From Octopus sinensis (lineage: Eukaryota): 64,000 nt of DNA. Where the stretch lies: positions 58,900,001 through 58,964,000 of the forward strand of contig NC_042997.1 in the NCBI RefSeq assembly GCF_006345805.1, read 5' to 3'. The notes beneath the pieces were generated by a model. That model was not told where the DNA came from and made no database searches. It saw only the letters and a list, made by a program, of their open reading frames with translations. How positions within the stretch are numbered: the first letter of the stretch is position 1; every line of letters starts with the position of its first letter. Of the stretch, positions 63,911-64,000 are shown in pieces. Made by a program: the position numbers and the translations under genes.

Positions 63911-64000
63911 CTGCGGTTTGTGAAAATTCGGATTATCCCATATCCGAAAACTGCAGGCTGTTGAAGTTCTGCCTGCTAGAGTTTAGTTATTTTCCGTGCA

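Overview
AT-rich (about two-thirds A+T by eye), microsatellite-saturated eukaryotic DNA. The tRNA-derived SINE families, repeat density and TE mix suggest a coleoid cephalopod, probably Octopus (inference). I found no intact host protein-coding gene, no true tRNA or rRNA gene and no CRISPR array. Almost all ORF-track entries are microsatellite translations or antisense to TE remnants. The window is a TE graveyard. It holds five R4/Dong-like restriction-endonuclease LINE pieces, single Tx1/L1 and CR1-like fragments, two RTE fragments, and two distinct Penelope-like element (PLE) lineages. One PLE is Neptune-like with a GIY-YIG domain and lies in a 1.385-kb tandem duplication. The other has a divergent Naiad/Hydra-type RT. 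DNA elements include a full-length decayed mariner, a deleted mariner, several MITEs and Helitron Rep/helicase fragments. At least four SINE families are present. The most interesting signals are these. (i) Type-I hammerhead ribozyme motifs: one canonical at 45.5 kb, two mirror-image copies inside a ~790-bp fold-back at 44.6-45.4 kb, a near-canonical one at 6.5 kb, and several degenerate ones in short non-autonomous elements. (ii) A ~550-bp non-coding element that always sits in (TAA)n arrays. (iii) A perfect 91-bp template-switch inversion inside one SINE. (iv) Two LRR-like 37-codon segments with strong synonymous-change bias at 35.8 and 38.0 kb. All family assignments come from motif recognition by eye and need HMM/BLAST confirmation.
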